64,000 nucleotides of DNA from an uncultured Alphaproteobacteria bacterium (lineage in GTDB: Bacteria; Pseudomonadota; Alphaproteobacteria; Rs-D84), in the NCBI GenBank assembly GCA_944390125.1, contig CALXOX010000001.1, positions 385,364 to 449,363 on the forward strand. The letters run 5' to 3'. The notes below the pieces were generated by a model. It had not been told where the DNA came from, ran no database searches, and was given only the letters and a program-made list of their open reading frames with translations. How positions within the stretch are numbered: position 1 is the first letter of the stretch; every line of letters begins with the position of its first letter. Position numbers and translations under genes: made by a program. Below, piece by piece: positions 50,884 through 60,835 of the stretch.

Positions 50884-51558
50884 TTAGAAACCCTGTGGAG
50901 TATCCATTTTTACTTTTGAAACTTTTTTATTCAAAGCAGAAACAACTTCTTCTGTGATATCTAAGTTTTCTACACCGTTGCCCAAACGAGTGAAACGGCC
51001 ATCCAAAACCATAGACAAGTTCTTTTTGGCAATAACGCCTTCGATGATTGGGTTCAGGTGTTCATTTTGAACTTCATTTAACGCTTTCTGGAAAGCGATT
51101 TCAACGCTTTGTGCACGTTCTGTCAAATCGCGCTGCAATTCGTTCACACGGTTTTGATAATCGACAATGCGGCGTTGCAAAGCATCACGAGACAATACGT
51201 CTTGAGATTTTTCAATTTCTGCTTTTTCTGCTTCTAATTCTTTCTGTCTTTTTTCCAGTTCATCACGCAATTTGTTTTCGTAATTTTCGCGCTGTTTTGC
51301 TAAGTCCTTCAGAACTTCTGCATCGGATTGGATAGCGTCCATGCGAATTACTGCGATACGCAAATCTGCGGCATTGGCAGCGTCTGTCGTGACAACTTCC
51401 ATTGCTTCTTCGACTGTTGCTGTATTACCACCACGCAGTGCACTGATACCCCAAGCGCCCAACGCAGCAACAACAATGACAACAGCAGCGATGATGCCGA
51501 ACTTTACATACTTTTTTACAGCCGGATTGGCTGGAGTTTTATTTGCCATAATTTCCAT
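50884..51558 (-). CDS. OmpH/Skp periplasmic chaperone
   Basis: IAVI.MD.I, coiled coil, LDIT.EV...LN; upstream of lpxD; unusually N-terminal TM. Confidence 0.85.
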   Translation of the reverse strand: MEIMANKTPANPAVKKYVKFGIIAAVVIVVAALGAWGISALRGGNTATVEEAMEVVTTDAANAADLRIAVIRMDAIQSDAEVLKDLAKQRENYENKLRDELEKRQKELEAEKAEIEKSQDVLSRDALQRRIVDYQNRVNELQRDLTERAQSVEIAFQKALNEVQNEHLNPIIEGVIAKKNLSMVLDGRFTRLGNGVENLDITEEVVSALNKKVSKVKMDTPQGF

Positions 51559-51627
51559 CCTTTTTTATTGTTATGATGGCAGTATAGCAACTATTTTTTT
51601 AAATTTCAAAGTGAAAGTTACCCGCTG

Positions 51628-52305
51628 TTATCTTGCTGGAACTAAGCGTATCTCAATGCGGCGATTAGTAAGCCTTCCTATATCGTCTTGGGCTGCAATC
51701 GGTCTGGCCGCACCCCGTCCTACTATAAACATACGTGCAGTGTTTATGTCGTGCTGGGATAAAAACACACCAACACGTTGTGCCATGTCTAAAGACAATG
51801 CTTCGGCCTGTCTTTGTGCCATTGCGTCCGTGTATCCAGCTATTTCCAAGAAAGTTGCATCATACTTTTTTAATATTTTTGCAATTGTTTTTAGAGTATC
51901 AGCACCATCCGCAGAAATGTCTGCCACATTTAATTCCATAATGGCGTCGCGAACTAATATTACAACCACATCTGTCCCCGCACGCTGAACAGAGATACCA
52001 GGTTTACGTAAAGAATCATATAATTCATATTCCAGATTTGCCATATAATTTACGCTGATTGCCGTATCGTTCTGTATTTTATCTCCGTAATCCATTTTTG
52101 TAGGTGCGTCAACAGAACTAATAAGTTTACCACCAGCCCCTAAAAATACTGGACGTTTAGCAATTCTTGCTGGTTCTGTCATATCGGTAAAACTTGCGCC
52201 ACGTAAATATTGTGACCATGTGGAACGTGCAGGACTGTGATATTGCATACAGCCTGTAGTTAAAAAAAGCGTGGCCATCAATAAAAAGTAGTTGCTTAGT
52301 TTCAT
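51628..52305 (-). CDS. OmpA-family lipoprotein
   Basis: TTGC lipobox, GYTD, LS...A..V, GRG...PIA, NRRIEI. Confidence 0.88.
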   Translation of the reverse strand: MKLSNYFLLMATLFLTTGCMQYHSPARSTWSQYLRGASFTDMTEPARIAKRPVFLGAGGKLISSVDAPTKMDYGDKIQNDTAISVNYMANLEYELYDSLRKPGISVQRAGTDVVVILVRDAIMELNVADISADGADTLKTIAKILKKYDATFLEIAGYTDAMAQRQAEALSLDMAQRVGVFLSQHDINTARMFIVGRGAARPIAAQDDIGRLTNRRIEIRLVPAR

Positions 52306-52773
52306 CTATTTTGTCGGTTCTACCATAAAAGAAATTTGATTTGTTGATGTTGAAAAACAGTTTGGACTTGTTGTGCTGGTTACGCCATTTACGACAACAC
52401 TTGTTGCCCACTTAGGTTGTGCAGACGTGAAATACTCACATTCACTTTTTGTCAGCTGTGTAAGGTTTATGGCGTAGCCTTTCCCATCAGATGTTGCGGC
52501 AACTGACCAGTCGTCTCCACCAATTGGAGCGTAATTATTTTTTAATGCACCAGCAGATACTAAGTAATCGACAGATAAACCTGTATAATCGTCGCGCATT
52601 CCCATTAAAAGTTCGGTGTTTTTTGCAATTTGTTCTAATTCAACAGATGCAATTTTACGTGTTTGGTTGTTTTTAATTACGTTGTACATGCTTATTGCGG
52701 CAGCGCTCATTACGCCAGCAATTGCTAATACACCAATAATTTCTATCATTGACGCACCGAATTCTTGTTTCAT
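52306..52773 (-). CDS. Type IV pilin, PilS/type IVb-like
   Basis: Class III signal MKQEFG|ASMIEIIGVLAIAGV (E5); YTGL...L...G and C-terminal Cys pair. Confidence 0.8.
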   Translation of the reverse strand: MKQEFGASMIEIIGVLAIAGVMSAAAISMYNVIKNNQTRKIASVELEQIAKNTELLMGMRDDYTGLSVDYLVSAGALKNNYAPIGGDDWSVAATSDGKGYAINLTQLTKSECEYFTSAQPKWATSVVVNGVTSTTSPNCFSTSTNQISFMVEPTK

Positions 52774-52785
52774 TTCTCACCTCGT

Positions 52786-54324
52786 TTATTTAACGCCGAC
52801 AATTTCAGCATCTGCAAATAAGTCCATAGCGCTTGCAACCAATGGGTCTGCTTCTAACTCTTCTTTCTTTTGTTCTGTTATAGTGTGTGTGTTTTGGGAC
52901 TCTTGCATTTTTTCCAATGACCATTCATGTCCAGTTTTATCTTTCAGCCATGCTGCCATCTTATGTGCAAAATCCGCGTCACCACGTCTGTCAAAATACT
53001 TTAATGTTCCATCGATAATTTCAACAACTTCTATATTGCTGGTGTAGTAAGAATACAACAATATTTCTTTTGATTCTTGTAAAGCCTTTGCTAAATCATC
53101 CGCGCTATTTATAGAGACAGTTTTTTGTGCTTGTGGTGCAACAGTTGGCTTCACAGGCGCAGCAGAAGAAGTTTCGCGTGTTTGTTGTTTCTTTAATATT
53201 TCGTTTACAGAAGGCATATCAGCAATATGCATCAATCGTACAATCAACATATCAAAGCATTGCTTTTGATTGCCAGATGCTTGCATTTCTGGTACTGCAG
53301 CAACCATAACCTGCCAAATTCTGGACAGAGTATTTAAAGATATCTTTGTGTTTATTTTCTTGATTTGTTCACGTTGGTCTGCGGTATATGGAGAATTTAC
53401 AACTTCACCTGCATGAATTGCTGGGTGCATACGTGTTGCCCAATGAGTCCACTCCATCATATCTGTCAGCAACATTGCCAAGTCCGCACCATTGGTGTAA
53501 ATCTCATCTGCTTTTTGTAACGCAGCAGCAGTATCACCAGACAGCAGTGTTTCCATAAAGTTCACAACAACACCGCGGTCTGCACGCTTTAACATATCAA
53601 GAACAGATTTTTCATCAACGTGCCCGCCTGTTTGGGCGATGGCTTGGTCTAAAAGAGATAGTCCATCACGAACAGAACCGTCCGCGGCACGCGCCAATAG
53701 TTCGTTTGCGGCATCGCTGAGTTCTATCTTTTCTTGTTCTGCAATCCAGGCGAAATGTTTTTTCAATGTTTCGACTGGTACGCGAACCAAGTCAAAACGT
53801 TGACAGCGAGATAAAATTGTAACAGGTACTTTACGAATTTCGGTCGTTGCCAATATAAATATCACATGTGCAGGAGGTTCTTCCAGAGTCTTTAACAAAG
53901 CGTTAAATGCGCTGGTGGATAACATATGTACTTCGTCGATGATGTAGACTTTATATCTGCCGTTTGTTGGGCGATATTGAGCCGCATCTAAAATATCACG
54001 CATATTGTCAACGCCAGTATGAGAAGCGGCGTCGATTTCCATAACATCGATATGCTGACCAGCAGCAATTGCACGACAGTTCTCGCATACACCACATGGT
54101 TCTGCAGTTGGGCCATCTGACGATAAGCAGTTTAGTGCTTTTGCTAAAATACGTGCTGTACTGGTTTTACCAGTTCCACGAATTCCGGTAAAAATATAAG
54201 CATGCGCAATGCGGCCTGTGTTGATTGCTGTTGTCAGCGTTTTTACTAAAACGTCTTGACCAATCAAAGATTTAAAATCTTGGCTGCGATATTTGCGCGC
54301 TAAAACTGTGTAATTGCTATCCAT
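52786..54324 (-). CDS. dnaX: DNA polymerase III subunit gamma/tau
   Basis: LARKYR, GIRGTGKT, CxxC Zn site, EIDAAS, IIDEVHMLS, LKTLEEPP, SRCQRF. Confidence 0.97.
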   Translation of the reverse strand: MDSNYTVLARKYRSQDFKSLIGQDVLVKTLTTAINTGRIAHAYIFTGIRGTGKTSTARILAKALNCLSSDGPTAEPCGVCENCRAIAAGQHIDVMEIDAASHTGVDNMRDILDAAQYRPTNGRYKVYIIDEVHMLSTSAFNALLKTLEEPPAHVIFILATTEIRKVPVTILSRCQRFDLVRVPVETLKKHFAWIAEQEKIELSDAANELLARAADGSVRDGLSLLDQAIAQTGGHVDEKSVLDMLKRADRGVVVNFMETLLSGDTAAALQKADEIYTNGADLAMLLTDMMEWTHWATRMHPAIHAGEVVNSPYTADQREQIKKINTKISLNTLSRIWQVMVAAVPEMQASGNQKQCFDMLIVRLMHIADMPSVNEILKKQQTRETSSAAPVKPTVAPQAQKTVSINSADDLAKALQESKEILLYSYYTSNIEVVEIIDGTLKYFDRRGDADFAHKMAAWLKDKTGHEWSLEKMQESQNTHTITEQKKEELEADPLVASAMDLFADAEIVGVK

Positions 54325-54405
54325 TGCTAAAACTTCCTTTGGGGCAAGCATAGCAAAACACAGTAAAATTTCAAGGATTAAAGTGCGCTTTTACCGTATA
54401 AAAAT

Positions 54406-54720
54406 TTATTTTTCGTTGGTAATAAAATCAGGAAAAACAGTTTCTGTTTCTTCGTCGTCGACAGAATCTATATTTTCAACGACATCAACGTTTTCTTCAA
54501 TAACAGGTGTCTTGTCTTTTGGATCGCGTGTGGAGTCAATTTTTCCTTGTTCTGCGTTTACAATTCGACCGTAATGTTCCGCGGCTTGCATTAAACGTTC
54601 GCGTTCAATTTCGTCAGAAGTTTGACGAGCTTGATCCATGTATTGTTTTCTTTTTTGACGCCATTTATGACAGCGTTGAATCATCATACCAACAGACGAC
54701 TGATTTTTTTTATTTTGCAT
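54406..54720 (-). CDS. DUF4167-like protein
   Basis: Y...AR....D....E...Q.AEHY.RI and C-terminal PDF; alphaproteobacterial family. Confidence 0.65.
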   Translation of the reverse strand: MQNKKNQSSVGMMIQRCHKWRQKRKQYMDQARQTSDEIERERLMQAAEHYGRIVNAEQGKIDSTRDPKDKTPVIEENVDVVENIDSVDDEETETVFPDFITNEK

Positions 54721-54864
54721 ATTCGTTTTTCTTTTTACAGGAAATCTTCAATAGCAACTTATTGCTATCACTCTTTCAACAACAGGGATAATAATGTATC
54801 TTAAAACCGATTGCAATATTTTTTTTCGCTTGCTAATATTTACGCATGTAGGAGGGTGCTTGAT

Positions 54865-56220
54865 TTGCGGCAACAGAATGGAAATTTTTTATTACAGGCT
54901 TTGCTTGCGTTGACGCTGATATTTTCATTCATACCGTTTTTTGCACAACGTCTGTCTGCGCGTGATATAGATTCACAGATGTATGCATCTACTCAAAAGG
55001 TAGAATTGGCACAAACTGCTGCACGTATATTTATTCGTGAGCGCGCAAATGATTTACCTTATAATACCACAGTTGTTTCTGGTGATGCTTTTTCTGATTT
55101 GTTAGAATCGTATGGTTTGCCTTTGGGCTTTGTGCCAAGGACTGCATTGGGACAAGATATTTCGCTGGTTATAAATAAAACACCTATTGCAGTAACGGCA
55201 TATTTGCAATTATCTGGTGGTGATTTGTCCGCTGTGCAGTTGGCTGAATTAGCGCGTCGTATAGGTTTTTATGCATCTGTTTCTGGACAAACGGTAGTTG
55301 TTGGTTTGGCTTTAGATTCTACATATTCGGATATAGTTCGGCGTAATGAGCAAGATTTGGATAACGGTGCTTTTTTGACTAATTTGGATATGGGTGGTTT
55401 TTCTTTTAATAACGGCGGCGAAGTTTTTGCACGGCGTGGTGAATTTGACAGTGGTCAGTTTGATACACTTTCTATATATGGCACAGAAGATGGGCGCAAG
55501 GTTCGTAGTAATATAGAACTTATGGTTGCTGATAGGGCGGTATTTCAAAGTATGCTTGGAGAGGCTGCTTTGTCTTTGACGCGTGGTTCTTTGTATGCGA
55601 ATAATGTGTCTGCAAAGACTGTTTCTGCATTTGGTGATACCGGTAATTTTACATCTAATGTTGCGTCTGTTTATGATTTTGCAATGACAGCTGGTCGTAC
55701 CAGTTTTTCGGGCCCATTGAATTGGTCAGTAAACGGTGATGTTGTAAGCACTAATATAAACTTCAGCGTTGAGCGTCTAGATATAAACTCCTACATAGAT
55801 GCATCGCGTGGACAGGATGTTTATATAGATCCAGATGAACTGGAGTATAGCAGTCGTAGTGGTATAGAAGCAAATCGTGTAATTGCGTCGAATATAACAA
55901 TGCGTGATCAAACATCAGATGCTTTAAATGAGGGGGAAACTGGTGCGGTTGTTTTAGATATTCGACCAGCGGATACATCTATATTGCCCGATGTTTTGTT
56001 GGATGGTATAAATAATGATGGTTTTTCAATAATCAGCAAGCCTTCTGAAGAGGGAGATAAATCGCAAACTTGTAGAGATATAATTTCTAAATTGGAAGGA
56101 AGATATAATTCTAAGTCGTTATCACAATATATAATATGTCAGTATTATTTCTGGCAACGGTTAGAGAAGAGAATAGACGTAAAGCAATGTTTGATGGAAG
56201 GCCGCAGTGACTGTAAGTAA
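54865..56220 (+). CDS. Prepilin-type PilV-like protein 1 (lacks E5)
   Basis: AGGAGG RBS then TTG start; G|NFLLQALLAL hydrophobic helix; L..YGLP.GF; RR....AFLTNLDMGGFSFNN. Confidence 0.65.
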   Translation: MRQQNGNFLLQALLALTLIFSFIPFFAQRLSARDIDSQMYASTQKVELAQTAARIFIRERANDLPYNTTVVSGDAFSDLLESYGLPLGFVPRTALGQDISLVINKTPIAVTAYLQLSGGDLSAVQLAELARRIGFYASVSGQTVVVGLALDSTYSDIVRRNEQDLDNGAFLTNLDMGGFSFNNGGEVFARRGEFDSGQFDTLSIYGTEDGRKVRSNIELMVADRAVFQSMLGEAALSLTRGSLYANNVSAKTVSAFGDTGNFTSNVASVYDFAMTAGRTSFSGPLNWSVNGDVVSTNINFSVERLDINSYIDASRGQDVYIDPDELEYSSRSGIEANRVIASNITMRDQTSDALNEGETGAVVLDIRPADTSILPDVLLDGINNDGFSIISKPSEEGDKSQTCRDIISKLEGRYNSKSLSQYIICQYYFWQRLEKRIDVKQCLMEGRSDCK

Positions 56221-57409
56221 GAAGAAAATTTTTTATAATTCCGAACGCGGTGCAAGTATGTTAGAAGTCTTGCTGGCTATGGCTATTGTGGCAATGGCCA
56301 CGCCATTTTTATACAGTCAGATATCTGATACAAATGATACATTGCGAGATATGGCAACGGCTAATAAAATTATTAGTTTGCGTGATCCTGTTTTAAATTT
56401 TGTCAGATTGAATCAAAACGATTGGCCAGAAGTTGCCCAGATAAAATTGTCAGAAGAAGAACTGGACGAAATTTCTGACAAACCTGTTGCTGGGTTTATA
56501 GATAAATATGCTGTAAACGGGGCGACTGTAACTGATGTTTATTTGGCGTTTGATATGGAAGGTACAGATTTGCGAACTTCGCAAATTGCGCGTCACATAG
56601 GCAATGATGCGGCGGTCGTTGGTAACGATGGAATTGCGTATGGCCGTACATGGGCAGTTGCCGCCCCAGATTTTAAACCTGGGAATTTAATTTATAAAAT
56701 ATCGCGTGATTTAGAAGGAGAAGATAAAACCAAATACCTGCATAGGACAGAAACTGGTGAAGATAATTTAAATATGATGATGCGCGATTTAAATATGAAC
56801 AAAAATCGTGTATATGATGTTGGCGGTGTAAATGGTAAATCTGCAAAAATCAATAGTGCATCTGTTCAATTCGTCGAGACAGATAGTTTAGTGGCAAATA
56901 CACTATATTTTTCAAATGGTGCAAATCTTGACGGGGATAAAGCGATATTTGATTCTTTGCGTGTTACTGGAGATATATCTGGATTTAGGAATATATACGC
57001 AGATACATTGAATAGTAAATCTTACACCACATCTGGTCGTATAATTACAGACAGGGCAACAGTTGTAAATTCGGTAAATGTTGGCAATACATTGACTTTA
57101 AAATCAGATTCTTCAAGGACGATAAGTGGTTTTACTGGAATTACGGCGCATTCGGTGACGACATCATATGTTTCTACAGAAGAAATTATATTTTATGATA
57201 ATTTTGGTCTGACCATATCTGGCGAGTTATTATATTCAACAACAGCACCATTAAAGATAGGTAATTGGACATTCCCATCTTTAACTCCGCCGAAATTTAC
57301 AGAGTTGAATTTATCTCGTGGTTCTGTACCGGCAATGCCTAATAATAAAGAATTTAGTGTAATCTTGTCCGATGATTGGCAGGCTGCCATGCCAAAGGAA
57401 ATGCAGTAA
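56207..57409 (+). CDS. Prepilin-type PilV-like protein 2
   Basis: ERG|ASMLEVLLAMAIV; YLHR...NLNMMMRDLNMNKNRVYDV motif; beta-rich C-terminus. Confidence 0.7.
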   Translation: MTVSKKKIFYNSERGASMLEVLLAMAIVAMATPFLYSQISDTNDTLRDMATANKIISLRDPVLNFVRLNQNDWPEVAQIKLSEEELDEISDKPVAGFIDKYAVNGATVTDVYLAFDMEGTDLRTSQIARHIGNDAAVVGNDGIAYGRTWAVAAPDFKPGNLIYKISRDLEGEDKTKYLHRTETGEDNLNMMMRDLNMNKNRVYDVGGVNGKSAKINSASVQFVETDSLVANTLYFSNGANLDGDKAIFDSLRVTGDISGFRNIYADTLNSKSYTTSGRIITDRATVVNSVNVGNTLTLKSDSSRTISGFTGITAHSVTTSYVSTEEIIFYDNFGLTISGELLYSTTAPLKIGNWTFPSLTPPKFTELNLSRGSVPAMPNNKEFSVILSDDWQAAMPKEMQ

Positions 57410-58731
57410 TGAAAAAAAAGTATAAATTTTTTCATCGTAGTTTAATGGAACAATCAGGTTCTATGCTGATTGAGTTGCTGATGACTGTTGCGCTGGCCGC
57501 AATAATTATGCCGTTTATTTTTAGATATCAACAAAGCGTAGTTCAACGTGCAGAGAATATGGTCATTACAGAGCAGATGTCAGAAATTCAGACGGCTTTG
57601 GAAAGATATATTTTGGACAATAGGGAAAACTTATTAAATACTGTTGGTCAAAATATTACTCGTGTAAATATTGCAGATTTAGAGCAATATGGTCTGTCAT
57701 CAGATTTGGCTGCAGATGTTGATAAGCAATATCAATTAAGAATATTAAAGTCTAATGACTTGGACGGCAGGTCCACACTACAGGGCGTTATAGTTTTTTC
57801 TTCTGATGATATAACCCCGTTGCGCACCCGTGAGATTGTTGCTATGGGCGGAGATACTATGGGGTTTATCGAAGGCAATCGTGCCTATGGTACTTTTGGG
57901 GCTTGGCATACCGACACGATAGATTTGGGGGTAAATGTTACTGGTGGTATAGTCGAAACTACGTCTGTAAATACGGATAATTCACTATACCTTTACCGTG
58001 TGCCAACAGATAAAGAGTCTGATGCGACTATGTTGTCGGGTTTAAATTTAGGTAGTCATGATATAACTAACGCAGCATTTTTTAATTCAAGTTCTGCAGA
58101 TTTTAGTGAAACGTTGACTTTGGGTGCAACTGTTGCAAAGGATGTGATATTTCAAAATAGAACAACGCTTGATAATAACATGGAAATTCGCAATGCGACT
58201 GTTTCCGGAATTCTTTCCGCGGATTCCAGAGCAATGGAAGTATCAAAAGTGTTTTCCATGGCAGATACTGGTAAGTTCACTAGTTTTACGACTGGGGACT
58301 TGTGGGTAAATAATATGACGCTTGGTGGGTTGTCGATATACGCCGACGAAGACGGGCCTGCGGTTTTAAGTATAAACAAGTCATTGGATATGACTGGTGG
58401 AACAATAGACGCAATGTTTGTTACGGTTGGTTTTGCTGGTTCTATTACACCACGTTTAGTTGTGTACGACAGAATTGAAGATTCCGTAAATCCTAACTAC
58501 TATTGGGACGTTACATATGGGGTTGCAAATTTGAAAGATTTGTCTTTACAGGATTTAAATCGTATGGCACCAATGGCTGTGTACGAAGAAAATTCTACGA
58601 CTACTGAAGCAGGGCGTATATTTAGTTCTGTTTCTTCAAACAAAAATGCAACAGCGTCTGATTATATGAATGCCATAAATGAAATTCAGAAAGCAGTACG
58701 TGCAAAATATCGTCGGTTGAATTTAGAATAA
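57409..58731 (+). CDS. Prepilin-type PilV-like protein 3
   Basis: QSG|SMLIELLMTVAL; GFI....AYGTFGAW; YLYRVP...TMLSGLNLGSHDITN. Confidence 0.72.
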   Translation: MKKKYKFFHRSLMEQSGSMLIELLMTVALAAIIMPFIFRYQQSVVQRAENMVITEQMSEIQTALERYILDNRENLLNTVGQNITRVNIADLEQYGLSSDLAADVDKQYQLRILKSNDLDGRSTLQGVIVFSSDDITPLRTREIVAMGGDTMGFIEGNRAYGTFGAWHTDTIDLGVNVTGGIVETTSVNTDNSLYLYRVPTDKESDATMLSGLNLGSHDITNAAFFNSSSADFSETLTLGATVAKDVIFQNRTTLDNNMEIRNATVSGILSADSRAMEVSKVFSMADTGKFTSFTTGDLWVNNMTLGGLSIYADEDGPAVLSINKSLDMTGGTIDAMFVTVGFAGSITPRLVVYDRIEDSVNPNYYWDVTYGVANLKDLSLQDLNRMAPMAVYEENSTTTEAGRIFSSVSSNKNATASDYMNAINEIQKAVRAKYRRLNLE

Positions 58732-58751
58732 TTTGTGGTATAAATCGTCTT

Positions 58752-59261
58752 ATGAAAACAGTATGTGATTTTTGCAAAACAGAATATACGTTGGATGCGG
58801 CTCCAACTTGCCCTGTAAAATGTGCAGTATGTGGTCATACATGGGTTGTTCAGCGTCCTCAAAGGCGTAGTCCAATTTTGGTTTTTATTGCAGCTTTGTG
58901 TGCTTTGCTGGCGGCGCTGGTTTTTGCTGTTGCGGTGTTGTATCAGCACCAAGTTACAGAAATTCAAGAAAAGCCTCTTATTGCAGAAATAAGCGAAGTT
59001 ACCACAGATACAGATGAAAATGGTATAACACGTTTTGTTGTTACCGGTCGTGTTGTAAATCGATCCGAACAAATTTATGGTGTTCCGCGCTTGATTGTTG
59101 TTTCATATGATGCGAATGGCAAGGTGATTGAACGTCAGCGTTTTATGCCGTCTGCAACATTATTAGATGCTGGCGGAAATGTAAAATTTAAGCATACGTT
59201 GTCGGTCCCAATTACTAATGTTGAAAAGATTGCGGTAGAACTGGAAAATCAGGGGGCATAA
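58752..59261 (+). CDS. Zinc-ribbon (MJ0042-like) / DUF3426-like membrane protein
   Basis: CDFC.TEY...VKCAVCGHTW, one TM, V.G.V.N Ig-like domain. Confidence 0.8.
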   Translation: MKTVCDFCKTEYTLDAAPTCPVKCAVCGHTWVVQRPQRRSPILVFIAALCALLAALVFAVAVLYQHQVTEIQEKPLIAEISEVTTDTDENGITRFVVTGRVVNRSEQIYGVPRLIVVSYDANGKVIERQRFMPSATLLDAGGNVKFKHTLSVPITNVEKIAVELENQGA

Positions 59262-59741
59262 ATGAAAAAAGTTTTATTTTCTGTTGTCTGGTGCTTGATG
59301 CTTTGTAGTTCGGCAATGGCGGCGGATGCTGAGCAAAAGCCGACGCCAAGTCAGCCGCGCGTCAGCATATTTTCAACTAGTACTGACTGGGAAGGTTTGA
59401 CTGGATTACGGTATTCAGAATACCGTGGAAAGTTTGTATCTTCTTCTGGTTTGGTCGGTCGTGGATTAGTTTTGTATTATTTAGACGGTTTTCCTTGTTA
59501 TGGTTTGGGCGAGGGCGTTCGTGTATGGATTGGGCCGAATAATAAACATGAAGGGGAATTACAAATTGCATGTTTATATGCTCCGACAGAGATAAAATTT
59601 ACTTGGCGAAACGCCACACGTGATGCGGACCAAGCTCAAAGCACAGGTATATTGATTTGTCCTGTTGAGAGTTCTGGGCGAGAGCTGACTATCGATTTAG
59701 AAAAATGTGAAAAAGGCCCTGATTGGTCTGAGTATAAATAG
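59262..59741 (+). CDS. Secreted hypothetical protein
   Basis: Signal peptide ending AMA; 4 Cys in mature part. Confidence 0.7.
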   Translation: MKKVLFSVVWCLMLCSSAMAADAEQKPTPSQPRVSIFSTSTDWEGLTGLRYSEYRGKFVSSSGLVGRGLVLYYLDGFPCYGLGEGVRVWIGPNNKHEGELQIACLYAPTEIKFTWRNATRDADQAQSTGILICPVESSGRELTIDLEKCEKGPDWSEYK

Positions 59742-59748
59742 GTATCAT

Positions 59749-60708
59749 ATGCAAGATATTCGTGAATTTATAGTAGCAGAAGATGAGGTTGGTGTACGTT
59801 TGGATAAATTTCTAGTATCCAAGTTGCCAGAGTTTTCGCGTAGTGAAATTCAACGCTTTTCAGTCAGCCTAAATTCTGGAGAGGCTAAGTTTTCGACGAA
59901 GTTACGTGCTGGTGATGCTGTGTCTGTCGTAATTCCTGAAAGGCAGACAGATATTGCTGCGCAAAATATTTCTACTGATATTGATTTGGATATCTTGTAT
60001 GAAGATGATGATATAATTGTGATAAATAAACCGCGTGGGGTAGTAATGTACCCGTCTGCTGGTAATAAGACAGGTACACTTGTTCAAAATATTCTGTCAC
60101 ATACCAGTTTGTCTGCATTAGGTGGTGAAACAAGACCAGGTGTTGTACACAGATTAGATAAAGACACTAGTGGTGTAATGGTTTTTGCAAAATCTGATGC
60201 AGCGTTTCGCGGCTTAGTAAAGATTTTTTCTGCGCATGATTTGACCAGAAAGTATATAGCGTTTGTGTGGGGGGTACCGAATTGGGATGGGGCAGATATT
60301 ACGGGTAATATTGCCAGATCATCACGTAATCGCCAAAAAATGACAATGGTAAAGACGGGTGGAAAGCCTGCACATACGCAGGTTACGGTTGCGGATGTCT
60401 GGTCTCGTGCAGGGGTTTCTGAGTTTAGGTGTACATTGTTGACTGGACGTACTCATCAAATTCGTGTTCATTTGTCAGCACATGGCTTTCCTGTTTTGTG
60501 CGATCCAGTTTATGGTCGTGTTTCAAATAGATTGGCCAGTGTAAAAAATCCTGATTTATTAGAGTTTCTAAAAACTCACGACGGTCAAATGTTGCATGCC
60601 GAAGTTTTAGATTTTGTCCATCCTGTAACAGGTGAACAAATGCACTTTAAGGCTCGTATGCCCGATGATATGAGTGAGTTGAAAGCGATATTAGACGAAA
60701 TTGGTTAA
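59749..60708 (+). CDS. rluD: RluA/RluD-family pseudouridine synthase
   Basis: RLDKFL S4 domain, NKPRG, RPGVVHRLDKDTSG, TGRTHQIRVH, LHA. Confidence 0.92.
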   Translation: MQDIREFIVAEDEVGVRLDKFLVSKLPEFSRSEIQRFSVSLNSGEAKFSTKLRAGDAVSVVIPERQTDIAAQNISTDIDLDILYEDDDIIVINKPRGVVMYPSAGNKTGTLVQNILSHTSLSALGGETRPGVVHRLDKDTSGVMVFAKSDAAFRGLVKIFSAHDLTRKYIAFVWGVPNWDGADITGNIARSSRNRQKMTMVKTGGKPAHTQVTVADVWSRAGVSEFRCTLLTGRTHQIRVHLSAHGFPVLCDPVYGRVSNRLASVKNPDLLEFLKTHDGQMLHAEVLDFVHPVTGEQMHFKARMPDDMSELKAILDEIG

Positions 60709-60835
60709 AGTATTGGAAAAGTGGGGGCAAAAAGCCCCTGTTTTTTTTATCAAATGTTTAATATTTCGTGTATTTTTCCTTTGTCTGAAAATGTTTTTAT
60801 GTTATACTTAAAGTAATAAGTATGGAGTGAGTCGA

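Noticed and set aside
52786-54324. Programmed -1 frameshift in dnaX
   Set aside because: No A-AAA-AAG slippery site with a downstream hairpin noticed at the expected position
54865-59741. Shufflon (invertible PilV C-termini)
   Set aside because: No tyrosine recombinase, sfx-like repeats or inverted partial cassettes; all three genes are full-length and co-oriented
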